From Vicinamibacterales bacterium (GTDB taxonomy: Bacteria; Acidobacteriota; Vicinamibacteria; Vicinamibacterales; UBA8438): a DNA stretch of 64,000 nt. The DNA lies in assembly GCA_965222905.1 (NCBI GenBank), contig OZ244976.1, forward strand, positions 7,376,488 through 7,440,487, in the 5' to 3' direction. Shown piece by piece: positions 18,192-28,046 of this stretch. The position numbers and the translations under genes are program-made. The notes beneath the pieces are model-generated. The model worked only from the letters and a program-made list of their open reading frames with translations. It did no database searches and was not told the origin of the DNA. Every line of letters begins with the position of its first letter. Position 1 is the first letter of the stretch.

Positions 18192-20597
18192 AATCATCGG
18201 CGTAGCGCACGATGATTGCGTCGCCTGTGACCTCGTGGCTGCGCCATTTCTTCTGGAACCATAGGTCGAGGACGTAGTGCAGGTAGATGTTCGCCAGGAC
18301 TGGTGAAACCACCGAGCCTTGGGGAGTTCCCCGCAGATTGTCCCGCCACTCGCCAGCTTCCATGACGCCGGCGTTCAACCACTTGATGATGAGCCTGATG
18401 ACCCGCTTGTCCCCGATACGGTGCTCGAGGAACCGGACCATCCAGTCCCGCGAGACGTTATCGAAGAATGCGCGGATGTCGCAGTCCGCCACCCAGTTGA
18501 TCTTCCGCCGTGTCAGTCCGACCGCGAGCGCGTCGAGCGCGTCATGCGCCCCGCGCCCGCGCCGGAATCCGTAGCTGAACCCCAGGAACTCCGCCTCGTA
18601 TATCGGCGTCAGGATGGTCTCCGTCACCGCCTTCTGGACTATCTTGTCTTCGATGGCCGCGACGCCGAGCGGTCGTGTGCCGCCATCCGGCTTCGGAATG
18701 TTCACCCGCCGTGATGGCGTCGCCCGGTACGCTCCCGAGTGCACGCGGTCGTGCAGGTCGGCCAGCCGGCCTTCCAGCCCTTCCTCGTACATCCGCCACG
18801 TCATGCCGTCCGCGCCGGCCGCTGCATCCCTCTTCAGCTCGAAGAACGCTTGGCGCAACGCATCGACCGTGACATGGTGGAGAAGCGCCGTCAGACGCTC
18901 CTGTGGCTCCCGGCGTACGAATTGCCGTATCCGGTCGGCCGCCTGTGACGCGCTTTCCCGGCGCTGCGTCCGGCGCGCGCTTTGGCTTTCCGGATTCCCC
19001 TTGGGCTCGGTCCTGGGCTCCATTGGCTCCGCAGGGACCGGAGTCCCCTTGTTCGCCAACTTCACAGCTACTACGACCGAGTCTGATTTGGGTGCGGCTC
19101 TTCTTCGTAGAGGAGTTTTCGCCCTATTCATGGGCCTTTTTGCCCGCGGATGCGTCTCTCCAGTGCTCATTTCGGGGGGACAGCAACCAAGCCAGCGCGT
19201 ACCCGCGTCTTTCCGGCGGCCAGCCGAGCCTCGAAACGGTACCGAATACCGTCGGTCTGTCCCCCTCGGGCGCGCTCCCTTCTGGACATTCGCGCGGCGT
19301 TCTGGTACGGTTCCATGGGCAGGGGGACAGACCTGTGATGGCTGTGACGACAGGATTCCAGGGACGTAGATTCGACGTGCCAGAGGCGCGAACCGGCGTC
19401 CCTCGCATCGATCTCCCGAGCCCGGCCCCGTGCGCAGCGGCCGATGCTGTCTTCGCGGATGCCAAAGCCTTCCTCTCCTCCAACGAAGCCCGGCAGATGA
19501 GCGAGAGCGAACTCGAACGGGAACTGCACCGGCGGGGCCAGAAGTTGGTACGCAAGCTCCTGCAAGGACATCACGACCAACGCAGCCCGGGACAGGCTGC
19601 CGGTCCGGCCGAGGACGCCAGTGGTGTCGAGTGCTCGGCGCGGCGCGAGCAGGATAGCCACGCCGAAACGACCTCCGGCACGATGCCGGTTGTGGGTCTG
19701 GGCTGCGCGCGGCGCGGTCACGACGGCCTGCATCCGCTCGATGCCGCGCTGAACCTGCTGCCGGAGCGCTCCTTGGTCGATATGCGCCGCCGCGTGACCA
19801 TCGCGACCGCTTCGCGGGCACCACCGCGTACGCCCTGGAAGCCACAGTGGTACTCGACATTATCCACGTGGCAGCGGCGATGCGGCGTGCGGTGCTCGTC
19901 GCCCAGCTCATTGAAGGCCTGTCGGCATTTGGCCCGCGACCGGATGGTAGTCGACCGGCGCACGGTGACACTTGGCTGCAGTTGCGACGGTCCTCAAGCC
20001 GCCACGGGCCGCCGGCGCATTGATGCGTACTGAGACCCTCCACCAAGCGCGCGAGTACCAGCGGAACACCCCCAGCCGTCGCTGACCGCACAAGTACCAT
20101 CGGCCACCGGTCCCCTCCGCTGCTCCCTCACCACGCCGTGACGGATCCAATTGCCTCCTGCCTCGCTGCCGCAGAGACTGATTCGGCCGCCGACGAAGAA
20201 GAGCCGCACCCGTCTGATTTCTCCATGCCGTTCATCTTTGGTTACGGATTCCTCCTTTCCTCAGCGACCCCGCCCACGACAGCGGGATGGCATGGAGACC
20301 TCCCAGGTCCCGGTTCAGCGCGTACGTGCGTGCCTGGGTTCTTCGACACCGCGGGATTCCGGCCCCCCTCGCCATATCGGTGGGACGGATGCTGCCTTCG
20401 GTTTCCGGCGAAGACCTCGGCATCCCGGACGGAAATTTCTTTCGGTGCTCAATAGCCCTGCCCGCACGCGCCCCTGTCAACGCTTGACCCCCGCCCTCGC
20501 GGACGGTGGCCCATGACTCGGGGTGGAAGTGGTGGCTCACCTTCTCCTTCCTGCCGGACTCTCACCGGCTACGCTGACACCAGTTAGCCTGGCGCAC
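18192..20597 (-). mobile_element. Class E-like group II intron, 5' part; RT truncated right after YADD
   Basis: GTGCG at 20597. EBS1 CGCCGG (20405-20410) pairs with IBS1 CCGGCG. RT reads RLTALLHHV...YIPK-like NIPKPDG.TRPLG..EDKIVQ, GTPQGSVVSP, RYADD. Class assignment is by motif resemblance. Confidence 0.85.
19090..20211 (+). mobile_element. Non-autonomous ISKra4-like element, copy 2 (1122 bp), inside the class E intron RNA
   Basis: Same 19-bp TIR as copy 1. 9-bp TSD GTCTGATTT at 19081-19089 and 20212-20220. Near-identical to 10620-11744 in inverted orientation. Confidence 0.88.
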
Positions 20598-20683
20598 CGC
20601 CGGTAGACTCCATTCGGTCTCGCGGCCTAACCAATTCAGAAGGATGTGTGGAGACTGATCTGGATCTGTCCCTTCGAGCCACC

Positions 20684-21864
20684 TAGTGTCCTGCCCGATA
20701 AATGCATTTATATAACAGGCTGACTGTGTCACCCTCTTCTGGCGGGAGGGATGCGATGGCACGTCCGATCTTGGTACTGGAGGTGACCCCCGAGGAGAAA
20801 CGGGAGCTGGAACGTCGGGTCGCAGCCTCGACGACGCCCGCGCGTGACTGCCTCCGGGCACACATCGTTCTGCTGCGGAGCGAGGGAGTCGGGCAGCAAG
20901 AGGTGGCCTCGCGCTTGGGAGTGAGCGCCCCGAGCGTGAGCAAGTGGTCGCAACGCTTCGACCGAGAAGGGCTCGACGGCCTCAAGGACAAGCCGGGCCG
21001 CGGGGCCAAGCCGTCGATTCCACTGGCCACGGTCCGGCGGGTGGTCGAGGAAGCGGGCAAGGCGCCGCCGGGCCGGCAACGCTGGAGCACCCGCTCGCTG
21101 GCTCAGGAGGTCGGCATCTCGGCGCACAGCGTGGCGCGCATCTGGCAGAGCCAGGGGCTGAAGCCGCATCGCCTGCGCACCTTCAAGGTTTCCCGCGACA
21201 AGAAGTTCGAAGAGAAGTTCTGGGATGTGGTGGGTCTGTATCTGGACCCACCCGAGCGGTCGCTGGTGTTGTGCTGCGACGAGAAGACACAATGCCAAGC
21301 CCTGGAGCGCACGCAGCCGGGCCTGCCGTTGGGCCACGGTCATATCCGGACGCGGACACACGATTACATCCGGCACGGCACGGTCACGTTGTTCGCCGCT
21401 CTGAGCTACCTGGAGGGCAAGCTGATCTACCGCACCGAACAGCAGCACACGCACGTGGAGTGGCTGCGTTTCCTCAAGCAGATCGACCGCGAGACCCCCG
21501 AAGACGTGGACCTGCACCTGATCGCCGACAACTATTGCACGCACAAGCACGAGAAGGTGGTGAGCTGGTTGCAGAAGCACCCGCGATTCCACATGCACTT
21601 CATTCCGACCTCGAGCTCTTGGATGAACATGGTGGAACGATTCTTCGCAGACCTGACGCAGGACTGCGTACGCGCGGGGAGCTTCACGAGCGTGGCGGAG
21701 CTGGTCGAAGCGATCACGACCTATCTTGCCAGTCGGAACGAGAATCCGAAACCCTACACGTGGAAGGCGGACGGTGCGAAGACTCTGGCCAAGATCCAGA
21801 GGTCTCGGGAGGCTCTTGAGACGGCCTCTCAGGTTATGTAAACCCAATTGTCGGGCAGGCACTA
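20684..21864 (+). mobile_element. IS630-family insertion sequence
   Basis: TIRs TAGTGTCCTGCCCGATAAAT and AATTGTCGGGCAGGCACTA. CTAG target with TA duplication. Confidence 0.88.
20756..21841 (+). CDS. IS630-family transposase
   Basis: HTH N-terminus, CCDEKTQCQALER, THDYIRHGT, HLIADNYCTHK and PTSSSWMNMVERFF motifs. Confidence 0.93.
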   Translation: MARPILVLEVTPEEKRELERRVAASTTPARDCLRAHIVLLRSEGVGQQEVASRLGVSAPSVSKWSQRFDREGLDGLKDKPGRGAKPSIPLATVRRVVEEAGKAPPGRQRWSTRSLAQEVGISAHSVARIWQSQGLKPHRLRTFKVSRDKKFEEKFWDVVGLYLDPPERSLVLCCDEKTQCQALERTQPGLPLGHGHIRTRTHDYIRHGTVTLFAALSYLEGKLIYRTEQQHTHVEWLRFLKQIDRETPEDVDLHLIADNYCTHKHEKVVSWLQKHPRFHMHFIPTSSSWMNMVERFFADLTQDCVRAGSFTSVAELVEAITTYLASRNENPKPYTWKADGAKTLAKIQRSREALETASQVM

Positions 21865-21993
21865 GTAACGTCTGGATCATGTAGCCGGCCTGGACTTGGG
21901 ACCGGTCGCTGACTCCGAAGCCAAGTGCGGTGTAGAACCGGTTGCGGTCGAAGCGTTCTACAGTCCTGCCTCGCCCGATTTCGAGCTCCCCGT

Positions 21994-23855
21994 GTCTTCA
22001 TTTAGCGGTCGTGGCGAGAAATCAGCAGGATTGGGGTGCAGGATTGGGGTACGAGTACCGATAAGAGGGACATGGTTCTGGTGAACGGCGAGCGCGGCGG
22101 TCCGAACGGGTCTGAGCGTGAGCCGGATCCTCGGGACGCGCGCATCGAGTACCTCGAACACGAGAACGCGAAGCTGATCGAGGAGCGGGATCACTGGAAG
22201 CATCACAGCGAGCACCTGGAGAAGCAACTCGACGCTGCCCGGCGGGCCGGCAAGCGACAGGCGTCCCCCTTCGCCAAGGACCGGCCGCAAGGACGCGGCG
22301 GGCGTCCGGGCCGGCGGGCCGGCGCCGATTACGGCACGCATGGCCGCCGGCGGCGGCCGACACGGGTTGACGAGACGCATGCGGCGCCGGTTCCGACGGC
22401 GTGTCCGGACTGCGGCGGCGCGGTCGAGGTGACCGGCGAGGCGTCGCAGTATCAGGAGGACGTGCCGCAGGTCGAACCGATCGTGCGGCACTTCAAGATT
22501 GAGGTTGGCCACTGCTCGCAGTGTCGGCGTCGGGTACAGGGCCGCCACCGGTTGCAGACCTCCGATGCGCTGGGCGCGGCCGTCGCGCAGCTCGGCCCGA
22601 ACGTGGCGGCCCTGGTGGCCGAGCTGCACACCGGGATGGGGCTGCCGCTGGCGAAGGTCAGCGAGCATCTGAAGACGAAGTTCGGCCTGGATGTGACGCC
22701 GGGCGGCCTGGTGCACCTGCTGCACCGCACGGCCCGCGCGGCGGCGCCGGCGTATGCGGCGCTTTGCGAGCAGGTCCGGCACAGTCCGGTGGTGACGCCG
22801 GATGAAACCGGCTGGCGTGTGAACGCGCTCCGCCACTGGCTGTGGGCGTTCGCCACGCCGGAGACGACCGTCTACGCGATCTGCGACGGTCGCGGGTTCG
22901 CCGACGCCGCCGCGGTGCTCGGCCCCGACTTCGCCGGCGTGCTGGTGCGCGACGGGTGGGTGGCGTATCGCGGCTTCAAGCACGCGCCGCACCAGAGCTG
23001 TCTGTCTCACCTGCTGCGCCGATGCAAGGAACTGCAGGAGAATCATCCGTACAGTCCCTGGGCCGGCGAGGTGCAGGCGGTCCTGCAGGATGGCCTCGCC
23101 CTGCGGGACCGCTGCAACGCCGGCGACATCAGCGAACACGGTCTGGCGTCGGCCCGCGGCCGACTGGCCGCCCGGCTCGGCCGGCTGATCGACGCGCCGC
23201 CGCCGCTGGCCGACGCCGAGCGCTTCGCCAAGCACCTGGCCAACGAATTTCCGGCCGTGTTCCTCTTCTTGTGCGACCCGTCGATCGACGCCACCAACTG
23301 GCGCGCCGAGCAGGCCATCCGACCCGCCGTGGTCACTCGCAAGGTCTGCGGCGGCAACCGCACCCGCAAGGGTGCCGACACCCAGCAGGTGCTGGCCAGT
23401 GTCCTGCGCACCGCCCGCCAACGCCACCTCGACCTGCCCGACCTGATCGCCACGATGCTGTGCGCCCCGGAGCCGGTCGTCCCCGACGCACTCGCACTGC
23501 CGCCGCCCTGCTGAGGCGGATCACCCCAACCGACCGTCCCTGGCTCCTGCCGCCTTCCGGCTGGCTCACCGCCGGGACAGGCCCGTGCACGAAGCGACCG
23601 CCAGCCCCCGTCCCTGCCATGTCCGCCAAACCGCGGTCTCGCGCGCCGAGCTGGCGCACCCGTCGTACTCTCCGGCCAGACCGGTACCGACGCACGCAAA
23701 ACCCGGCCGCCGACCCACCCACTTGCGGCATACTGGAGGTGTGATATTCGAGGCGGCCGGCGCCAGAAGGAACCTCGCCGCCGCTCGGTGGGCTTTGACC
23801 TGCCGGGCCTCATTTCAGCCCGTGTCTATTGACGAATGATGCGCTAATCGAAGAC
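21994..23855 (+). mobile_element. IS66-family single-ORF insertion sequence
   Basis: TIR GTCTTCATTTAGCG versus CGCTAATCGAAGAC. 8-bp TSD CTCCCCGT at 21986-21993 and 23856-23863. Confidence 0.88.
22036..23514 (+). CDS. IS66-family transposase (TnpC-like)
   Basis: Coiled coil, CPDCGG, PDETGWRV, LVRDGWVAY, QSCLSHLLR and TNWRAEQAIRPAV..RKVCGGNRT motifs. Confidence 0.92.
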   Translation: MQDWGTSTDKRDMVLVNGERGGPNGSEREPDPRDARIEYLEHENAKLIEERDHWKHHSEHLEKQLDAARRAGKRQASPFAKDRPQGRGGRPGRRAGADYGTHGRRRRPTRVDETHAAPVPTACPDCGGAVEVTGEASQYQEDVPQVEPIVRHFKIEVGHCSQCRRRVQGRHRLQTSDALGAAVAQLGPNVAALVAELHTGMGLPLAKVSEHLKTKFGLDVTPGGLVHLLHRTARAAAPAYAALCEQVRHSPVVTPDETGWRVNALRHWLWAFATPETTVYAICDGRGFADAAAVLGPDFAGVLVRDGWVAYRGFKHAPHQSCLSHLLRRCKELQENHPYSPWAGEVQAVLQDGLALRDRCNAGDISEHGLASARGRLAARLGRLIDAPPPLADAERFAKHLANEFPAVFLFLCDPSIDATNWRAEQAIRPAVVTRKVCGGNRTRKGADTQQVLASVLRTARQRHLDLPDLIATMLCAPEPVVPDALALPPPC

Positions 23856-24396
23856 CTCCCCGTTTATGAAGACTTCGTTGTACAGCGCCAGGTAAATAGA
23901 CCTGTTTCCGGTCCCTCGTCCATTCAGCGCGACATCGCCGAACAGGGCGTAGCGAAACCGTGTCCGGAAGTCCTGGCCGTCAACCCAACGCTGTTCGTAC
24001 CGGTAGCGGTGGCGCAGAGAAACGACCCGTCCCAAAGAATGGCGAAGCAACGCCTCCTGATACAGGCGTCGCTCAGCGCTGGTCTCGTCGCTGTCGCCGA
24101 AGGCGCCGGTCGTGATGTGCGCCACACCACCAGTTACTCGCACAGGGGATTCGGGCAGGTCGTAGGTCAGGCCAGCCCGGATCAGCAACTGCTCCAGGTC
24201 GGTTCCCAGATTCCAGTTGCGGTGCTGCACGTCACCCTGTAATCCCACCGACGCGTCGTCGAAGCGAGTCGACCAGAACAGCATGTACCAAGCGCCGAGC
24301 TGGTCCCTATCGACCGGCGTCTGCGCCAAGGCCGCACCGGGCAACAGCATCGCGCCGACGAGAACAAGGGCGCCGATCAACACGCGCAGCATGGGG

Positions 24397-25191
24397 TCAG
24401 ATGAAGCGCACGACGCCGGTGGAGACGTCATACATCCCGCCCACGATTCGGACCTCGCGTTCCTCCTCCATCGTCGCCAGTACGGAGCTTTCTCGGCGAA
24501 TCTCCGCGATCACCATGCGCACGTTCTCTTCGGCAACCCCGTCGACGTAGTCGGCGTTGTTGACATCGCGCTCGCCTTCGATCGCCTCCACGGCTGGTTC
24601 GATCTTTCGCACGAGCTGCGTGAGATTGCCGAGCCGGGCGCTGCTGATGGCCCCCTTCACGGCGCCGCACGAGGTGTGTCCGAGGACGACCACGAGCTTA
24701 GACCCAGCGAGTTGACAGGCGAATTCCATGCTGCCGAGTAGTTCGGTGTTCACGATGTTGCCGGCGATCCTGGCCGAAAAGATGTCCCCGATCCCCTGAT
24801 CGAAGACCGTCTCGATGGGGACTCGAGAATCGATACACCCGAGCACAACAGCGAACGGGTACTGCCCGGCGGCGGTCGCTCGAATCTGATCGCTGTAGTT
24901 GCGACGGACAGGAGTCCCGGCGACGAATCTCGCGTTGCCGTCGGTAAGGAGCGTGAGGGCGGCGTCAGGAGTGAGGGCAGCCTGTGACGCAGCATCCTGG
25001 GCCGGCACGAACCCCTGGTCGACTGCCGCCTCGGCGAGCGCCGAGTCGGCCGAGGGCTCAGACGCGGAGCATCCCGCCAGGGCCAGTCCGGCGGCCGATA
25101 GGCCAACACGTCGTCCAAAGGCTCGGCGCGACGCTGTTGGCAGCGTGCTTGAGGTGCCGGCAGCGGGCACGGGTTTGATCCTATTGAACAT
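24397..25191 (-). CDS. Beta-class carbonic anhydrase with a Tat-like lipoprotein signal
   Basis: GCIDSRV and GHTSCGAV zinc ligands. N-terminal SRRAFGRR...LALAGC. Confidence 0.9.
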   Translation of the reverse strand: MFNRIKPVPAAGTSSTLPTASRRAFGRRVGLSAAGLALAGCSASEPSADSALAEAAVDQGFVPAQDAASQAALTPDAALTLLTDGNARFVAGTPVRRNYSDQIRATAAGQYPFAVVLGCIDSRVPIETVFDQGIGDIFSARIAGNIVNTELLGSMEFACQLAGSKLVVVLGHTSCGAVKGAISSARLGNLTQLVRKIEPAVEAIEGERDVNNADYVDGVAEENVRMVIAEIRRESSVLATMEEEREVRIVGGMYDVSTGVVRFI

Positions 25192-25289
25192 CTCGTTTCT
25201 CCTCGTTCGGGCCGTATGGGCAACGTGTTAGCCACAACGGGAACCAGTGCCTGACACCTCGCACGATACCACAGACTGTTCTGTTACTC

Positions 25290-25585
25290 TCGTCGGAAGC
25301 CCTTGGAAACCCGACGGGTGGCCGAGTTGCGTGATCGCTGGCTGAATCCGCCGGAGTGGGTCGAGTGGGTCGACGAGCCGGTTCCCCGGCTACCCGAGGC
25401 GACCGGTTCCGCGCGACGAGGACGCGTCCAAGGCGCTCAAGAAGCGGACGCTGACGAACCTCTACAACGCCTGCCCACAGTAGCTCGCTGATGCGCACAC
25501 AGCCCTGACGCGGCCGTGGCCGCCGCGTACGGTTGGCCCGCGGATATCACCGACGACGACGTTCTGCGCGAGTTACTGGCTCTTC
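25290..25585 (+). pseudogene. C-terminal remnant of a type IIL/IIG-like restriction-modification methyltransferase
   Basis: ELRDRWLNPPEWVEWV, KRTLTNLYN and AALDAAVAAAYGWPADI motifs, with frameshifts and stops. Confidence 0.7.
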
Positions 25586-25663
25586 TCGTCCATGCAAAGC
25601 ACCACGGCCTTGTCCGGCGGGTTCAGGTAGAGCCCGACGACGTCGGTCAGCTTCTCGACGAAG
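25583..25663 (-). pseudogene. Short IS630 transposase remnant
   Basis: [27 protein letters not shown]. Confidence 0.7.
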
Positions 25664-26229
25664 GCCGCTCAACAGCGTCCGAGCCCGAACACGATGGGAA
25701 GCACGCCGCTCAGAGCTTCGAAGTTGAACTGGGACCCACTCGAGGACCACGAAATGGACGAGCGAGGCCGTCTCAGAAGGCCTTCCGGCGCGCCGGAAGA
25801 GCAGCATCCGGCGCCGACGTGGCGCCAGGGAGGTTCCTGCTGGGAAGGCGGCTGCAAGCCGACGGCGCTCGCGACGTTGCTGTAGCAGCTGGTCGAGGCC
25901 GGCAGAGTCATCCGCCCACGTAGCGCACCACCTGCCCCGTCCGATACGACGTCAGCCGCACCAATCCGCTGGCTTGGCACAAGTCCGCTTGGCAATCCCA
26001 CGTCGAGCGCTCGCGGTCGAACCGCCACAGATGCCCACTCTGACGCCGGGGGCACGCCGGGACCCCGAGCTTCTGCTCCGGCATCAGTCTTGTCGATGCA
26101 TCTCGATCCTCGGCCAGCCGGCGGCCCAGGACCACCTCGACCGGGCCGTCGCCGACAACAGCAACCCGCGTGCCATAGACCCGCCACCGGCCGCCGCCAT
26201 CGCACGCCGCAACAACGGTTCGACGCCAG

Positions 26230-26553
26230 CTACTCGGGTACCAGAGGGACCGGCTGCGCCGGGTTCCGGTTGATCAGCTCCCTCAGCTCTTTGCCCGGCT
26301 TGAAGTAGGCGACGCGCTTCAACGGCACGTCCACCCGGTCGCCGGTTCTGGGGTTGCGGCCCCGGTGCGGCCCGCGGCACCGGAGACGGAAGCTGCCGAA
26401 GCCGCGGAGTTCGACCTTCTCCCCCTGGTGCAGCGCCTCGGCGATGCTGCCGAACAGGGTGTCGACGATGATCGCGGCGCGCTTCTTCGTGAGGTCGGCT
26501 GCGTGGGCCACCTGCTCGATGAGCGCCGCCTTCGTCAGGCTGCCATCGGTCAT
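26230..26553 (-). CDS. HU/IHF-family DNA-binding protein
   Basis: TKAALIEQVA, GEKVELRGFGSF, GRNPRTG and FKPGKELRE motifs. Confidence 0.88.
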   Translation of the reverse strand: MTDGSLTKAALIEQVAHAADLTKKRAAIIVDTLFGSIAEALHQGEKVELRGFGSFRLRCRGPHRGRNPRTGDRVDVPLKRVAYFKPGKELRELINRNPAQPVPLVPE

Positions 26554-27529
26554 GGGTTCGTGTGTCGCCGGAAGGGCGCCATAGTCGCCGTCAGGACCGG
26601 TAGTTGCCGCCCGGCGACGCCCGCGGGGGAGAATGATAGCAGCGGCAGGATGGTGAGCGCGCCCGCCAGTGCGAGGCTGCGACGCCGCTGCCGGAGGCAA
26701 CGTGTCCGCGCGGCCAAGCCGCACGCGATGGCGGCCAGCTTGGCCGCCGGCAAGCCCGCCAATGACACACCGCACGGCTGTCCTCGCGGTGCCGCGCTCG
26801 CCCATCGGGTGCGCACCGGCAAGGGCTCGGCGGGCCGAGCCGCCGCCCGCCGGCCACGACAGGGTTACTGGTTGACGCCTCCGGTCGTGTGATCTTCCAG
26901 GGTCGCCGGTCTCCCGGTCGAGCGCCCGGAAGCGTTGACGTCTCCGCTGAAGTCGACCAATGTCGCGCGTCACGACCGGCGGGGGGCTCGGCCTGCTGCT
27001 CCTGGATCCGTAGCGTCCGGCCCGGTCTCGGGCGAGATCGCGTGCACGGCGCCCAGACTGGTCGGTGCCCCGCAGAAGCTCAGCGGGGGAACCGGGCGCG
27101 GACGAGCCGGGCGACCGCGGTTGCCGCCAACTCGCTGGTGCGGCGCGAACCGGATTCGCCCCGACTCGTTCCCACACACGGCTCGGCAAGAACAGGGAGC
27201 GGACCGCATCCTGCGGATGCACGACGACCCGCAGACGCCGATGCCAATCGTCGGTGTCGCCCGGCTGGCACTTGCGTGTGTTCGTACCAGAAACGTGAGC
27301 TTGTTCCGCGGACCAGACAAGGTCGTCCTATGGAGTCCAGTTCAATCCGAGCGCTGATTGGATCTGGAATTGTGTAAGACCCCCACCATCGAGGATGCAA
27401 TCCATCAACATCTACGGGGCTTCATGCAACGTTCACAGCTTCCGCACCGGACGCCACGCTTGTCGGTGAGCCGCTCGGGTGCGGCCGGTCCAATGGAGAT
27501 GTCGGCAGATACGCGGCGCGGCCCGCATC

Positions 27530-27630
27530 GTCGACGCGCCGCCGCCGTCACGATCACGGTCGTCGGTGTGCTCGCCGGCTGGGTACCGGCGTATCGGGCA
27601 TCCCGGCTCGACCCGGCGCGCGCGCTGACT
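27530..27630 (+). pseudogene. ABC (FtsX/ADOP-like) permease extreme C-terminal remnant
   Basis: VVGVLAGWVPAYRASRLDPARAL. Confidence 0.5.
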
Positions 27631-28046
27631 GCACAACTGCACAACCGTCCGCATGCGCTTCGTCTACGAGGCGTCGTTTCCGCTGCCGGCCAGGAAGGCC
27701 GGCAGCGCGGCGGGGGCCGCCGGCAAAGCTGCGGCAAGCATACACCCGGCGAACTCCCTCGGCAGAGCACTTCTCGTTGTCGGGAGTCCGAGTACGCTGC
27801 AGGAAGTCGTCCCAACCGTGGTCGAGATCAGCAGCCACCCGTCGCAAGCCCATGGCCTGCGCGATGGCAATGTTCGCGTCCATTGGCGGCCCGTCCGCGC
27901 TGCTGCGCCGAGGGGCCGGAACATCGCGGCGCCGGACGTGCTCGAGGCGGTCCAGCAGCCGGCTGGCGTCGGCGGAATTCATCGTCAACGGCCATCGCCC
28001 GGCGTCGGCAAGAACCACGAACCTTGTGCTCGGAACGCCATACTGA

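Larger units (their letters stand above)
20636..24392 (-). pseudogene. DUF2490-like outer-membrane beta-barrel protein, interrupted by IS66 and IS630
   Basis: Signal peptide, QGDVQHR, RRLYQE, RHRYRYEQRW, YNEVFING|ELEIG...FDRNRFYTALG...QAGYMIQTL|LGGSKGQIQISLHTSF*. The frame is continuous once both IS are removed. Confidence 0.8.

Noticed and set aside
13417-19060. DGR, retron or defence-type RT
   Set aside because: Both RTs are preceded by GTGCG-initiated group II ribozyme sequence with EBS-IBS pairing. No template/variable repeat pair or msr-msd was seen.
18148-20100. 650-aa RT with a novel N-terminal domain
   Set aside because: The extension is read-through across the antisense strand of the inserted ISKra4 mini-element; the same peptide appears at 10731-11858.
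25908-26085. Small Cys/His-containing ORF (MPEQKLGVPACPRR...)
   Set aside because: It has no RBS or family motif that I can support and could be a chance ORF.
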